From positions 64,001-128,000 of the IMG/VR virus record IMGVR_UViG_3300012979_001162: 64,000 nt of DNA; one strand, given 5' to 3'. The notes under the pieces were generated by a model that was not told the DNA's origin, ran no database searches, and saw nothing but the letters and a program-made list of their open reading frames with translations. This DNA is from a virus (Duplodnaviria > Caudoviricetes). Made by a program: the position numbers and the translations under genes. Shown in pieces: positions 54,676 through 64,000 of this stretch; positions within the stretch are counted from its first letter, which is position 1; each line of letters starts with the position of its first letter.

Positions 54676-55362
54676 ATGAATATTTTTAAAAAAGCAATTA
54701 AAGAAGTGCAAGATATGGATAAAGCCATCGAGGCTTGTAAGGAAATATCCATCCCCACACCCGAACCCGAAGAAGAATGGATTTGGGTAGATGGTTATAA
54801 AGGCACCGACAAAGATATGAAGTGCAGAGGCTATCAGTACGAACTTGGTGTGCAGTATGATATGCCAGAAGATGAACCTATTCAAGAATGTAAAAGCGGT
54901 TTCCATTTGTGCTTGTCATTGCATGATGTTTATGATTATTACTCTATTGGTGAAGGTAATCGTTTTTTTAAAGTTAAAGCTCTAGTACGTGCATCTGATG
55001 CGAAGAAATATCAGTCATCCTATGCGTATTATTGTGATACAAGATGTTTTACGGGCTCAAGGAATAATAAACTTGCATCCAAATCAATTATTTTTCTATC
55101 AGAACTCGCATCTGATGAAATTCTTGAAGGCGCCAAAATAATACATCACTTACCCTCACAATACTATCAAATGGCAATAGACCACAGCATAAACTATGCC
55201 TTCAAAACATATCGGAAAGATGCTCTCATCGAAGATGGCTATTCTGAGGCGTTCGCACATCACATTATATCAATTAATAAGTTCGACATTGCCCACGCCG
55301 TTGGGTCTCAGAAGGATCTTAGTATGGATGTAAATGTGCTTACTATTCTATATAATAAGTAA
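54676..55362 (+). CDS. conserved phage protein
   Basis: GYKGTDKDMKCRGYQYELG...CKSGFHLC...YY...RFFKV motif typical of phage hypothetical proteins. Confidence 0.6.
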   Translation: MNIFKKAIKEVQDMDKAIEACKEISIPTPEPEEEWIWVDGYKGTDKDMKCRGYQYELGVQYDMPEDEPIQECKSGFHLCLSLHDVYDYYSIGEGNRFFKVKALVRASDAKKYQSSYAYYCDTRCFTGSRNNKLASKSIIFLSELASDEILEGAKIIHHLPSQYYQMAIDHSINYAFKTYRKDALIEDGYSEAFAHHIISINKFDIAHAVGSQKDLSMDVNVLTILYNK

Positions 55363-55374
55363 GGAGAACAAACT

Positions 55375-57422
55375 ATGAAAGATTTTAAAAGCGTCCAAGA
55401 CCTCATCATTAAAGCTGCTCTCTACGACGGCATATCCACTACCATTGGGCCCAGTGAACTGATTAAAGGCGATATACTCAAAATTACCTTTTCGAAAGGC
55501 AACCGATGTTCAGCTACCCACATTGAACTTGTAGACAAATACCGAGACCCAGAAGATGCGGCTCTATATTGTTGCAAGCGTGCATTGTACGACTTGCTTT
55601 GTGGCAAGTATGAAGAGATTACATATCAGAAGGAGAATCAAAATGACACTTGAAGAACATTTTAAAGCAGGCTACGAACTTTTCGGTCCAGAGGCTATGA
55701 AGATAATGGACCAATTTTTTGGCGGCGAGATTGACTGGGATACATGCATTGCTAGCGTCGAAGAGCCCGTTATAAACTACCGTATCCACAGAATGATGTG
55801 GGATGAGATACAAGAGAGCCGTCCGAAGAAAATTAAAGTCACTTCTAAATTCGACAGCTACCTTCAGCGTTCCGTTGTAGTGGTAGAGAGTGAGCCACCC
55901 GAGTATTTTTCCGGAGGAACAATAGGTTCGTTTGACGCCATCCCCATCGAGATCGACGACACTATTGAAAACGAATACTACGAACTTGTATATTAAAGGA
56001 GAACTAACTATGTACAGATACTTACTATTTTTCTACCAAGACTACTACCCTCGTGGTGGTATGGAAGACTGCGTACTTAAAACCAACAACTATGACGACC
56101 TAGAGAAGTATATTCACGATAATTATGAGGACGACTGGTATATGGGGACAATTGCGTACTATGATGCTCTCGAAGATAAATATGTGAGTGCGAATATGGA
56201 GACATATGAAAACGAAGACTTTTTTGATAGATGGAGATTTTTAGAATGGGAGGAAAATTCCAATGGTTAAATGTAAGAAAAAGAAAACAGGCGTCCAAAC
56301 GCCTGAATTTAGAAAACCCACCCCACCGCCACCTCCGATGAGTGGATCTAACGCAATAAAGCCCAGTTGTAACTGTGGACACCAACCAACCTACACTTCA
56401 ACACAGAATCCACCTGATACCTTTTCAAGTCTGTTAAAAGCAACATCTCTACAAATTCTCCCAAATGACATTAGCACTATAACCTACGTTTGCCCATACG
56501 AAACACCCTGTGGCTGGTGCTGCAAGTGGGATAAGAAGTGTGATAAGAAGATTGGTCTGGAGCGAGGACAAAGAGTGAATATCAATCCAGTAGGCGATGC
56601 TATAGATGAGCCGATAGGAATTATTGTTAATAAAATCTGCGCATCGGAATCAGACCACGAATGGGAGTGCGTGGGTATATCCACGGGAGGAAGTACGTAT
56701 AGGTGTAGAAAATGTTATGAATATAAAACTATACCGATTAAGACAGAGATACTAGAAACATATATAGGAGGCTGCCAATGACTAACCTAGATATAATCAA
56801 ATACCTCGCCACCAACAACCCTACTCGCCTCGCCGAGCTCCTTGACGACATCTATTGTAGCGCTTGGAATTGTGGAGCATACGCACAACGCAACATGGAA
56901 GAAAATAAGATTTCAGAATTAGAAATGGAATTCTCTGATAGTAAGTGGCTTGAGCAAGAGGCAAATACGAACTTCTTTTTTGACTGCGAACTCGAAGAGT
57001 GGACCAAGGCTATCAACAAGGAGAATGAATGACATGAACGAATATGGCAAATGTTTAGGTTACACTGGAACTCCTTGCCCTAATTGTGGTAGATACCGGC
57101 TTGAACGATATGAAAACGGCAAAGAAATATGCGAAAAATGCGAATGGTGTCCACAAGAAGAACAGTATATTGACCGAGAAAAGATGTATCAAATAGAAGA
57201 AAATGAGATTTTGTGAGGAGATTATACATGGAAGATAAGGATTATACAGTAAACAAAGAAAAGGTATATGGGTATGGGATTGAATTCCCTAAACCACCTG
57301 TTACCACAATCTACATCGGCAAAGATACTGGCGCACAGATTGGCGTTGACAAGAAATTTAACTGGTTCCAGAAGAAGATGATTAAGTGGTGCTTTGGATT
57401 TGAAGTAAAGGAGAGTAAGTGA
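55375..57422 (+). other. seven small hypothetical genes
   Basis: co-oriented ORFs with RBS. Confidence 0.55.
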
Positions 57423-57784
57423 TGGATGAAGAGAAACAGATTGAACAAATGGCGAGAATAACTTGTCAGATGTATACCCCTCAATATGACAAGAGATGTG
57501 CGGGTGTTGGAGAGTGCGATTATAAATGTTTGCATTACCAACGATGTGAAGTTCTATATGCCGTAGGTTACCACAAGCAACCAGAGTGGATTAGCGTCGA
57601 GGATAGGTTGCCTGAGAACAGGGTGAATTGTATTGTATATTATAAACATGCTTATTGTGATAATGATGGATATTGGGCAATTGGAGTGTCTTTCTATGAT
57701 GGAAACGAATTTCAAATTGGATTGGCATATAAGGTCACCCATTGGATGCCAATCCCCGCACCGCCCATAGAAAAGGAGAATTGA
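57419..57784 (+). CDS. DUF551 family protein
   Basis: WISVEDRLPE...VTHWMPIP.PP. Confidence 0.75.
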   Translation: MMDEEKQIEQMARITCQMYTPQYDKRCAGVGECDYKCLHYQRCEVLYAVGYHKQPEWISVEDRLPENRVNCIVYYKHAYCDNDGYWAIGVSFYDGNEFQIGLAYKVTHWMPIPAPPIEKEN

Positions 57785-57785
57785 T

Positions 57786-57959
57786 ATGCATTGGATTAGT
57801 GTAAAAGACGAACTGCCGTATGCAAACGATGATTATCTTGTATATCTGCCAAACGGACATTTTTGTATTGGGTATTGGATGTCCGGAGATTTTTGGAGTA
57901 CGGGATATTATAGTAACAGGCTTGAAGTCACCCATTGGGCATATCTTGAAGCGCCGTAA
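57786..57959 (+). CDS. second DUF551 family protein (57 aa), not in the ORF track
   Basis: MHWISVKDELP...VTHWAYLEAP; AGGAG RBS. Confidence 0.7.
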   Translation: MHWISVKDELPYANDDYLVYLPNGHFCIGYWMSGDFWSTGYYSNRLEVTHWAYLEAP

Positions 57960-58729
57960 TAGAGAAAGGAGAACTAATTATGAAAAACACAATTACCGGT
58001 AAATTATGTATATCTTGTCTAATATGCGGCGAGCCTGTACCGCTAACCGAAATGGAAGAGAGTAGGCTGAATTATGGAATGGACATTCACAGTAAAGTTT
58101 GCGACAAATGCAAGGCGGCAATTTTATATATGAGAGAACAAATGGAGCAAAAGGAGAATTGATTATGCGATATGTTTTTAATATGAACCCATTTGACAGA
58201 CTGAGTTGCTGGTTTCACAATTCTATTGTTGAACCGTTCTCTCGCCGTCACGATAAACACAAGAAAACCCATTATGAGTGCTGTGTTTGCGGTATGATAG
58301 AAGCTCCATACTTTTACGAGGGGCGTACATATAGCTCTATACGATATGACTATGGTTGGCATAAGCTTGACGGTGGCAAGAGATGGATTTGTCATCATTG
58401 TGCAGATCACGGATATGCGCCCAGTTCGGACGGAGAATCGACCTTTGAGGAATGGCACGAGAAGATTGTTGTTCCACAGAGAGTTCGAGTGAGAGAGTTG
58501 ATTAAGACAAAAGATCCCGAATACTACAACGAGTGTTATTTTTATGACGACGAAGAGAGCGTAAAAAGATATTTTGCTCAACTTGGACTTGATGAAGACA
58601 ACGAATAGCCCATTTTTACCTCAAAAACCTTTAACTACTTAGGCAAAATTCAACTTTACCCTCCCCTACCCTACCAACTACACCCCTAAGACATTAACGC
58701 CCTTAAAAACGCTAATTACTTAGGGGTGA

Positions 58730-58814
58730 AATTGTAAACGAATTGTAAACAATTTCAGATACCTATTGACAATTATTCTCAATTATGATATACTTATTAC
58801 ACTACAAAATGATT
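58730..58814 (+). promoter_or_regulatory. promoter cassette P7
   Basis: AATTGTAAA at 58730 and 58741; TTGACA 58766-58771, 17 bp, TATACT 58789-58794; leader motif 58804-58814. Confidence 0.8.
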
Positions 58815-58829
58815 AAAGGAGAAAAAACT

Positions 58830-59081
58830 ATGAAGAAAATTTTATTCGCTTTTATAATTACAGGATTGCTCGCGACGGCATTGACCGGTTGCGGCAATAA
58901 GCAGATGTTTGACACTACCTATAAGTTTGACAAGGCAATTATATCTTTGCCGAATGGAAATGTCGTTGAAGGTAAGGTTGAAAGCTGGACCGACTATGAG
59001 GATGGCGATCAGATACAGGTTAAGATTAATGGCGTTATTTATCTTGTGCACAGTTCTGATGTTGTGTTGATTGCGGAGTGA
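58830..59081 (+). CDS. small lipoprotein
   Basis: MKK, hydrophobic stretch, LTGC lipobox. Confidence 0.7.
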   Translation: MKKILFAFIITGLLATALTGCGNKQMFDTTYKFDKAIISLPNGNVVEGKVESWTDYEDGDQIQVKINGVIYLVHSSDVVLIAE

Positions 59082-59085
59082 TGAT

Positions 59086-60933
59086 ATGGAAATTTTAAGT
59101 AAATTATTGGACAATCAAGACTCACTTGAAGACGCTCTTCGATTAGAGAGTACCCCGGAGGAAGTTAAGGAAACCAAATACGGTAGAAAGTTGCTCAGAT
59201 GGATTAGACGAAGACGTCGTGTAACGAATCGCGTCGTTAAAGCCTTGAGTAAATTTTAAGGAGAAATCTTATGGCTAAACGAGAATTGAAACAATTGAGT
59301 TGGAAGGTTAAGAATTATTTATGTAATTCCAACAGGCTTTGGGATTATGATGTTCTTCAGTATAGAGAAGATCAGATAAAGAAGCTCAAGAAAAAGTGTG
59401 CTACCAAGGAAGAATTTGCCGAGGCAATGCGACGAGAGATGATGTGGCAGTATTTCAGCCGGTGTGAATACGAGGTTATTGTTGAGATTGACGACGACAA
59501 TCGCATTTGGCTTAAGCCTTGGGTAGGGTGTAAAAATCCCGATGAGGTTAAAATTGATGTCACAGATGATGAAAGTTTTGATTGGAGAAGTTTCGCAGAG
59601 GAACATATAGGCAAACAGATTTATAAAAATTGTGCCAAGATTGACATATGGGACCAGCTTTCGTTTAGATGGGACGATTTTATTGATTATTTGTGGCATC
59701 ATCGTTTGAAATACGAGCGAGATAATCCGAAATTTCACAGACAGACGGAGGAAAGCAATGAAACCAGTATACAAATGTGAATATTGCAACCATATGGGTA
59801 CCGAGGATGAGGTACGAGAGCACGAAATTAAGTGCTGTTTTAATTACGACCGTAAGAGTTGTTGGACTTGTAAGCATCGAGATCCAAAATCATTTATGAA
59901 TTTTAAATGTTTGCTTGGCACCGAGATTCCAGAAGGTCATTTGATTGAGTTTTGTAGCAAGTATGAGCGGGACGACAAAGACCCAATAAAAAGTTCTGTG
60001 ACTGATATTTTTGGTGACTTATTTGGAGGATGCTAATGGATAAGAAGCCGTCAGAATATATAAGTGAGTTCCTCAACTTTGTCGCCGAGGCTCAAGTGCA
60101 GTACAGATTGTGCTCCGAAGAAGAGGATAAACAAGAAAAACTAACCCAAGACTACTTACATAGTCTTGAACTCGATGACCTTAAATGCAATGAGCGTAGC
60201 AAGATTGCTACCAAACTTGCTGTCAATCGTAAAGACCGAAGATATTTTAAAGATAGAGTTGAGGAATTCGAGCCTATTGTTAAGTTTTTTGAAGATCAGC
60301 AAAACAAAAAGATGTTAGATAAGCTAAAAGAGGTTTTGGGGCAAGTCAGAAAACAAGAAAATTATCATAAATATAGAACTTATATTCCAAAGGTGTTAAA
60401 GGAGAATAAAGATGGATGAAATAAGAAATTTGTATTTTAAGCGTTCAAATGGAGAGCATCGCCTTTTGGCGACAGATGTAACCGAAGCTGAGGCTTATGA
60501 AGAGATGCAAAAGTTTATGGACCAACATAATTTTAAGAGTTATTACACTCGTGTTTGGGAAGAGGATGGCGTTAAGTGGTACGACGTTGGAAGTTGGAGT
60601 GAATTTTTTAAGTGGACAAATAAGGAGTTGAAGTAAATGGAGACAATTAGGATAAATTCTAGGTTAACTCTTGAAGAAAGAGAAACCATCCTTATTTATG
60701 ATAGCGTGGATAAAATGTGGAGAATGGATACTACCGTACCCAAACACGCAAACAAAGCAAAAAACCAAGGTTGGACCCAGACCGCCGAGTATGTTTATGA
60801 GGATGGGATGGTTTGTGGCGGTGCATTTGAGGCTCCACAGCGTGCAATTACTATCAGAAATGCTGAAAAGAAGCAGATGACCGAGAAACAGATGAGAAAT
60901 TTGCGTTCTGAAGACGAAGAGGAGGAAGAATAA
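59086..60933 (+). other. six hypothetical genes (including 59271-59780, 59758-60036, 60030-60419, 60412-60636, 60637-60933)
   Basis: co-oriented ORFs with RBS. Confidence 0.6.
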
Positions 60934-61024
60934 TGTTTTGGATTGGATTAGGTGTTGGACTTATCGTAGGCGGCACCGTAGGCGCATTGATTGTATCAAT
61001 GTTGGTTATGGGTAAGAATGGCGA

Positions 61025-61072
61025 TTGACTTTGATTGCCAGTTTGATATAATGATTACGATACAAAATGATT
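61025..61072 (+). promoter_or_regulatory. sigmaA-like promoter for the HNH and RNAP genes
   Basis: TTGACT 61025-61030, 16 bp, TATAAT 61047-61052; leader motif 61062-61072. Confidence 0.6.
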
Positions 61073-61084
61073 GGTGGTGAGAAA

Positions 61085-61738
61085 GTGGTAGAAGAGAGAA
61101 TTATTGAAATTAAAGGTGTTAATTATATTGTGTCATCTGACGGTAAGGTGTATAGTGCAAACGACGGCGGACCATCTTATTATCACAAAGAAATTTCACA
61201 ACGTTTAAACAAAGACGGTTATCTTCAGGTTACTGTGGGTTTAGATGGGCATAGAACTCAGTATAGAGTGCACCGTATGGTTGCAGAGGCATTTATACCG
61301 AATCCAGATAACCTACCAGAGGTAAACCATAAGGATTATGATAGAACAAATAATAATGTGGATAACTTAGAATGGTCTACTCACGCCGATAATGTTGCTT
61401 ATTCGGCTGGTACGGGGCACTACAGTCATTATGGAGAGGACAATCCGAATTATGGTTGTGATACTTTAAGAAAAAAATATGCTGCTGATCCAGAACTTTC
61501 TAGAATTAAAAACGGTAGACCCGGCACCAAAAATGGCAGATGTAGAAAGGTTAAGTTGACCAATCTTGAAAGTGGTGAAGAAATTGACTTTGACTATACT
61601 CGTCAAGCGTCTCAATATTTGATGGACAATGGATTTGTACGAGCAAAAAAGATTGATTCTATATCGAATAGAATAACATTGTCCATTGAGAAGGATACAG
61701 TGTTTTATAAAAAATTTAAGGCAGAGTTTATAGATTAA
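61085..61738 (+). CDS. NUMOD4-like/HNH endonuclease
   Basis: YIVSSDGKV..GYLQV..VHRMVAEAFIPNPDNLPEVNHKD.DRTNN.VDNLEW. Confidence 0.85.
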   Translation: MVEERIIEIKGVNYIVSSDGKVYSANDGGPSYYHKEISQRLNKDGYLQVTVGLDGHRTQYRVHRMVAEAFIPNPDNLPEVNHKDYDRTNNNVDNLEWSTHADNVAYSAGTGHYSHYGEDNPNYGCDTLRKKYAADPELSRIKNGRPGTKNGRCRKVKLTNLESGEEIDFDYTRQASQYLMDNGFVRAKKIDSISNRITLSIEKDTVFYKKFKAEFID

Positions 61739-61767
61739 CAGAACAAAATGATTAAGGCGGTGAATGA

Positions 61768-64000
61768 ATGGCAAAATCACAAAAAAACCAAACTTTTGTG
61801 TTAAAAGTTAATACCGGATATCTGTCCAAAAATAATTGGCATTTAACATTTAAGTTAAGCGAAATTAGAAAACAACCGCAACTAGTCGTGAGTTTAGGGT
61901 CATCGCAAGTGTTAAGGTGGATGCCAGAATTAACAGGTAGACCCGATGCCGATGTAAAGGCATCGCAAATCAAACAAGATATAAAATATCTTAAAAAACA
62001 GGGTAATTCGTCTGAAAATAAGCAGAAAATTAGCCAAAAATACGACGAGCTGTATGAACTTCAGTTTCAACCACACTATATGATGTTGGTGATGGATTCT
62101 CCAAAGGACTATAAATATGCTTATAATAATGGTTTTAGCATTACTATTGACTATGGTCATAAAGTAGAAACGGTCAAATACAGAAGATTTCTTGGTACTG
62201 CGGGTTCTATTAAAAAGAGCACTATTATGTTTGTGGACGAAAATATTCATAGCGCACTGATGAAGAAAATCAATAATGGACGTTATGAGGGGCCAGAAGA
62301 AGGCGAATCGGTTAAGACTTATAACGGTATGGAGTTAAATTATAAGTTTATTCCAGCGAAAATCAATGCTTATTTTGCTTTACAGTGTTCGGCTAGTATT
62401 CCAGTACCGTGGCCTAGAGTCATCGTAGTCAAGGACGTATCCACTAAATTTAAGGACGTTGTTAGAATTGTTAGAGATACTGGCGGCGAAAATCCAGATT
62501 GGCCAAGTGTGAGTGACCCTATAGAGAAAGAAATTGAGATTAATACTTGTGATGGTATGGGTCTAATATCTCCAGAGATGAGCGCAAAGTGGTCAGAGGC
62601 ATTAAATGAGGGTTCGGAGCCATTGTCTGGGTTTAATACTCGTTGTGCTTTTCTGAAAGGTATGGTATTTACTGTAGATTTTAAGCAATTTGCTGAAGAA
62701 ATTGCGGGCACATACATCATTAAGGACGCTTGGGGTGACGAAAGAGATATTCGAGATGCAGATGTAATTCTTACAGTATCCATGTTGAAATTGTGGAATT
62801 CATATGCCGGATATGAGGATTATTACGATAATTGCATGAAGAATGGATATGAGTTTTGCATTGCAAAGAGCACTCCACACGAACTACGCAGCGTTCATAC
62901 AACAAACTATCAGTATCTTCAAGATTTTTCGTTTACAGACGAGCAAATTGACGCATTGATTGAGCCTACGGTAACTAAAATTCAAGATTGTCTTGGTCTT
63001 GATTGGAAAAAGCTGATATTGTATATGTGCGGCTCGGGTTTGGACGAGAAAAGTATCGTTCATATGGACCCAATGTGTAAGGCTATTATGGCCAATCCAG
63101 AACTTATTAAAGATCCATATGTTAGGTCAAAAGTAAGTCGAATGATACAAAGAAGGATTAGAGACGCAAAAATAGGTGTTTTGGATGTTACTGGCGACTA
63201 CTCGATTGCTGGATGCGACCCATATATGCTGTTACAACATATGTTTGGGCTTGAAACTACGGGTCTTTTAAAAGCTGGTGAGTGCTATCATAAGTATTGG
63301 TCCAACAAGAAGACAGAAGAAATTTGTATTTTTCGTGCACCGATGACAAGTATCGAAAATGTGTGTAAATTAAAGGTTGTGACCAATCCTGAGTTGGAAA
63401 AATGGTACAAACACCTTAAAACTTGCATTATATTGAATGGATGGGATACTACTGCGATGAGATGTAACGGCGAAGATTTTGATTCTGACGCAAATTTTTG
63501 CACTGATAATAAGGTATTACTTGATGCCTTTGAGTATAAAACAACCCTTATGTGCGAACAGGAAAGCAGTGTAAAGAAGAAGCCAGAAGAAGACGACTAT
63601 GTAAGGTCAGATATCAATGGGTTTGGAGACTCTATCGGTAGCGTAACAAATAAAGCCACAAACATGATTTCTTTACGAGAGCAATTTAATAAAAATAGCG
63701 AAGAATATAAGAGGTTAACTTATCGAATTAGCACAATGATGAACTACCAACAGAACGCGATCGACCGTATAAAAGGCGTTGTGGCTCGTCCAGTTCCCAA
63801 AGAGTGGCTGAACGCAAGAATGTTCAAAATCGAGGAAGATGATGACGACGATATCATTCAAGATAAACAAATTAATGCTAATATCGCAGCAGAAATTAAG
63901 CCGTGGTTCTTTATTTATAGATACTCCCAGCTTAAATCAGAACTTGACAAGTATATGAAGGCGGTTAAATCAAATTGTAAAATCAGGTTCGGTAAAAGCT
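61768..64000 (+). CDS. yonO: YonO-like single-chain two-barrel RNA polymerase (partial, open to the window end)
   Basis: hand-translated ORF of 744+ codons from ATG 61768, absent from the track because it has no stop; DGMGLISP, R..FLKG, NYQYLQ, FRAP, catalytic NGEDFDSD (63466-63489), IGSVTN, AID..KG. Confidence 0.85.
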   Translation, partial: MAKSQKNQTFVLKVNTGYLSKNNWHLTFKLSEIRKQPQLVVSLGSSQVLRWMPELTGRPDADVKASQIKQDIKYLKKQGNSSENKQKISQKYDELYELQFQPHYMMLVMDSPKDYKYAYNNGFSITIDYGHKVETVKYRRFLGTAGSIKKSTIMFVDENIHSALMKKINNGRYEGPEEGESVKTYNGMELNYKFIPAKINAYFALQCSASIPVPWPRVIVVKDVSTKFKDVVRIVRDTGGENPDWPSVSDPIEKEIEINTCDGMGLISPEMSAKWSEALNEGSEPLSGFNTRCAFLKGMVFTVDFKQFAEEIAGTYIIKDAWGDERDIRDADVILTVSMLKLWNSYAGYEDYYDNCMKNGYEFCIAKSTPHELRSVHTTNYQYLQDFSFTDEQIDALIEPTVTKIQDCLGLDWKKLILYMCGSGLDEKSIVHMDPMCKAIMANPELIKDPYVRSKVSRMIQRRIRDAKIGVLDVTGDYSIAGCDPYMLLQHMFGLETTGLLKAGECYHKYWSNKKTEEICIFRAPMTSIENVCKLKVVTNPELEKWYKHLKTCIILNGWDTTAMRCNGEDFDSDANFCTDNKVLLDAFEYKTTLMCEQESSVKKKPEEDDYVRSDINGFGDSIGSVTNKATNMISLREQFNKNSEEYKRLTYRISTMMNYQQNAIDRIKGVVARPVPKEWLNARMFKIEEDDDDDIIQDKQINANIAAEIKPWFFIYRYSQLKSELDKYMKAVKSNCKIRFGKS

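Overview
Gene-dense, AT-rich segment of a large, probably temperate phage or prophage of a spore-forming Firmicute, with an SPbeta-like gene set. A leftward arm (1-48.9 kb) and a rightward arm (50.6-64 kb) diverge from a ~1.7 kb non-coding, strand-skewed region. The left arm carries a replication module (SSB/recombination-like protein, AAA ATPase, DnaB-like helicase, primase, RecJ-like exonuclease), an intact tyrosine recombinase next to a catalytically degenerate MrpR-like one, HNH-AP2 and GIY-YIG endonucleases, an amino-methyltransferase, a gp88-like protein, a SprT-like protease, a SpoIIID homologue and many small hypothetical genes. The right arm carries a DUF6291-HTH protein, a frameshifted HAD gene, Thg1, DUF551 proteins, an HNH nuclease and the start of a YonO-like single-chain RNA polymerase that runs off the window. 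The standout is a reverse transcriptase (38141-39424, YSDD) followed directly by a non-coding array of six ~170-nt units, then two genes, then two more units. Each unit has conserved flanks, its own closing inverted repeat (like retron a1/a2) and a different ~80-100-nt bulged hairpin. Units are joined by covarying mini-hairpins. It looks like one RT serving eight different retron-like templates, and it is not a CRISPR, DGR or group II intron. Also seen: a fixed-geometry promoter cassette (7 copies), a ~20-copy leader motif ACAAAATGATT, a LexA-like box and a candidate large structured RNA behind a boxA-like element. All calls come from reading the sequence by eye; no searches or folding programs were run, so novelty is unverified.
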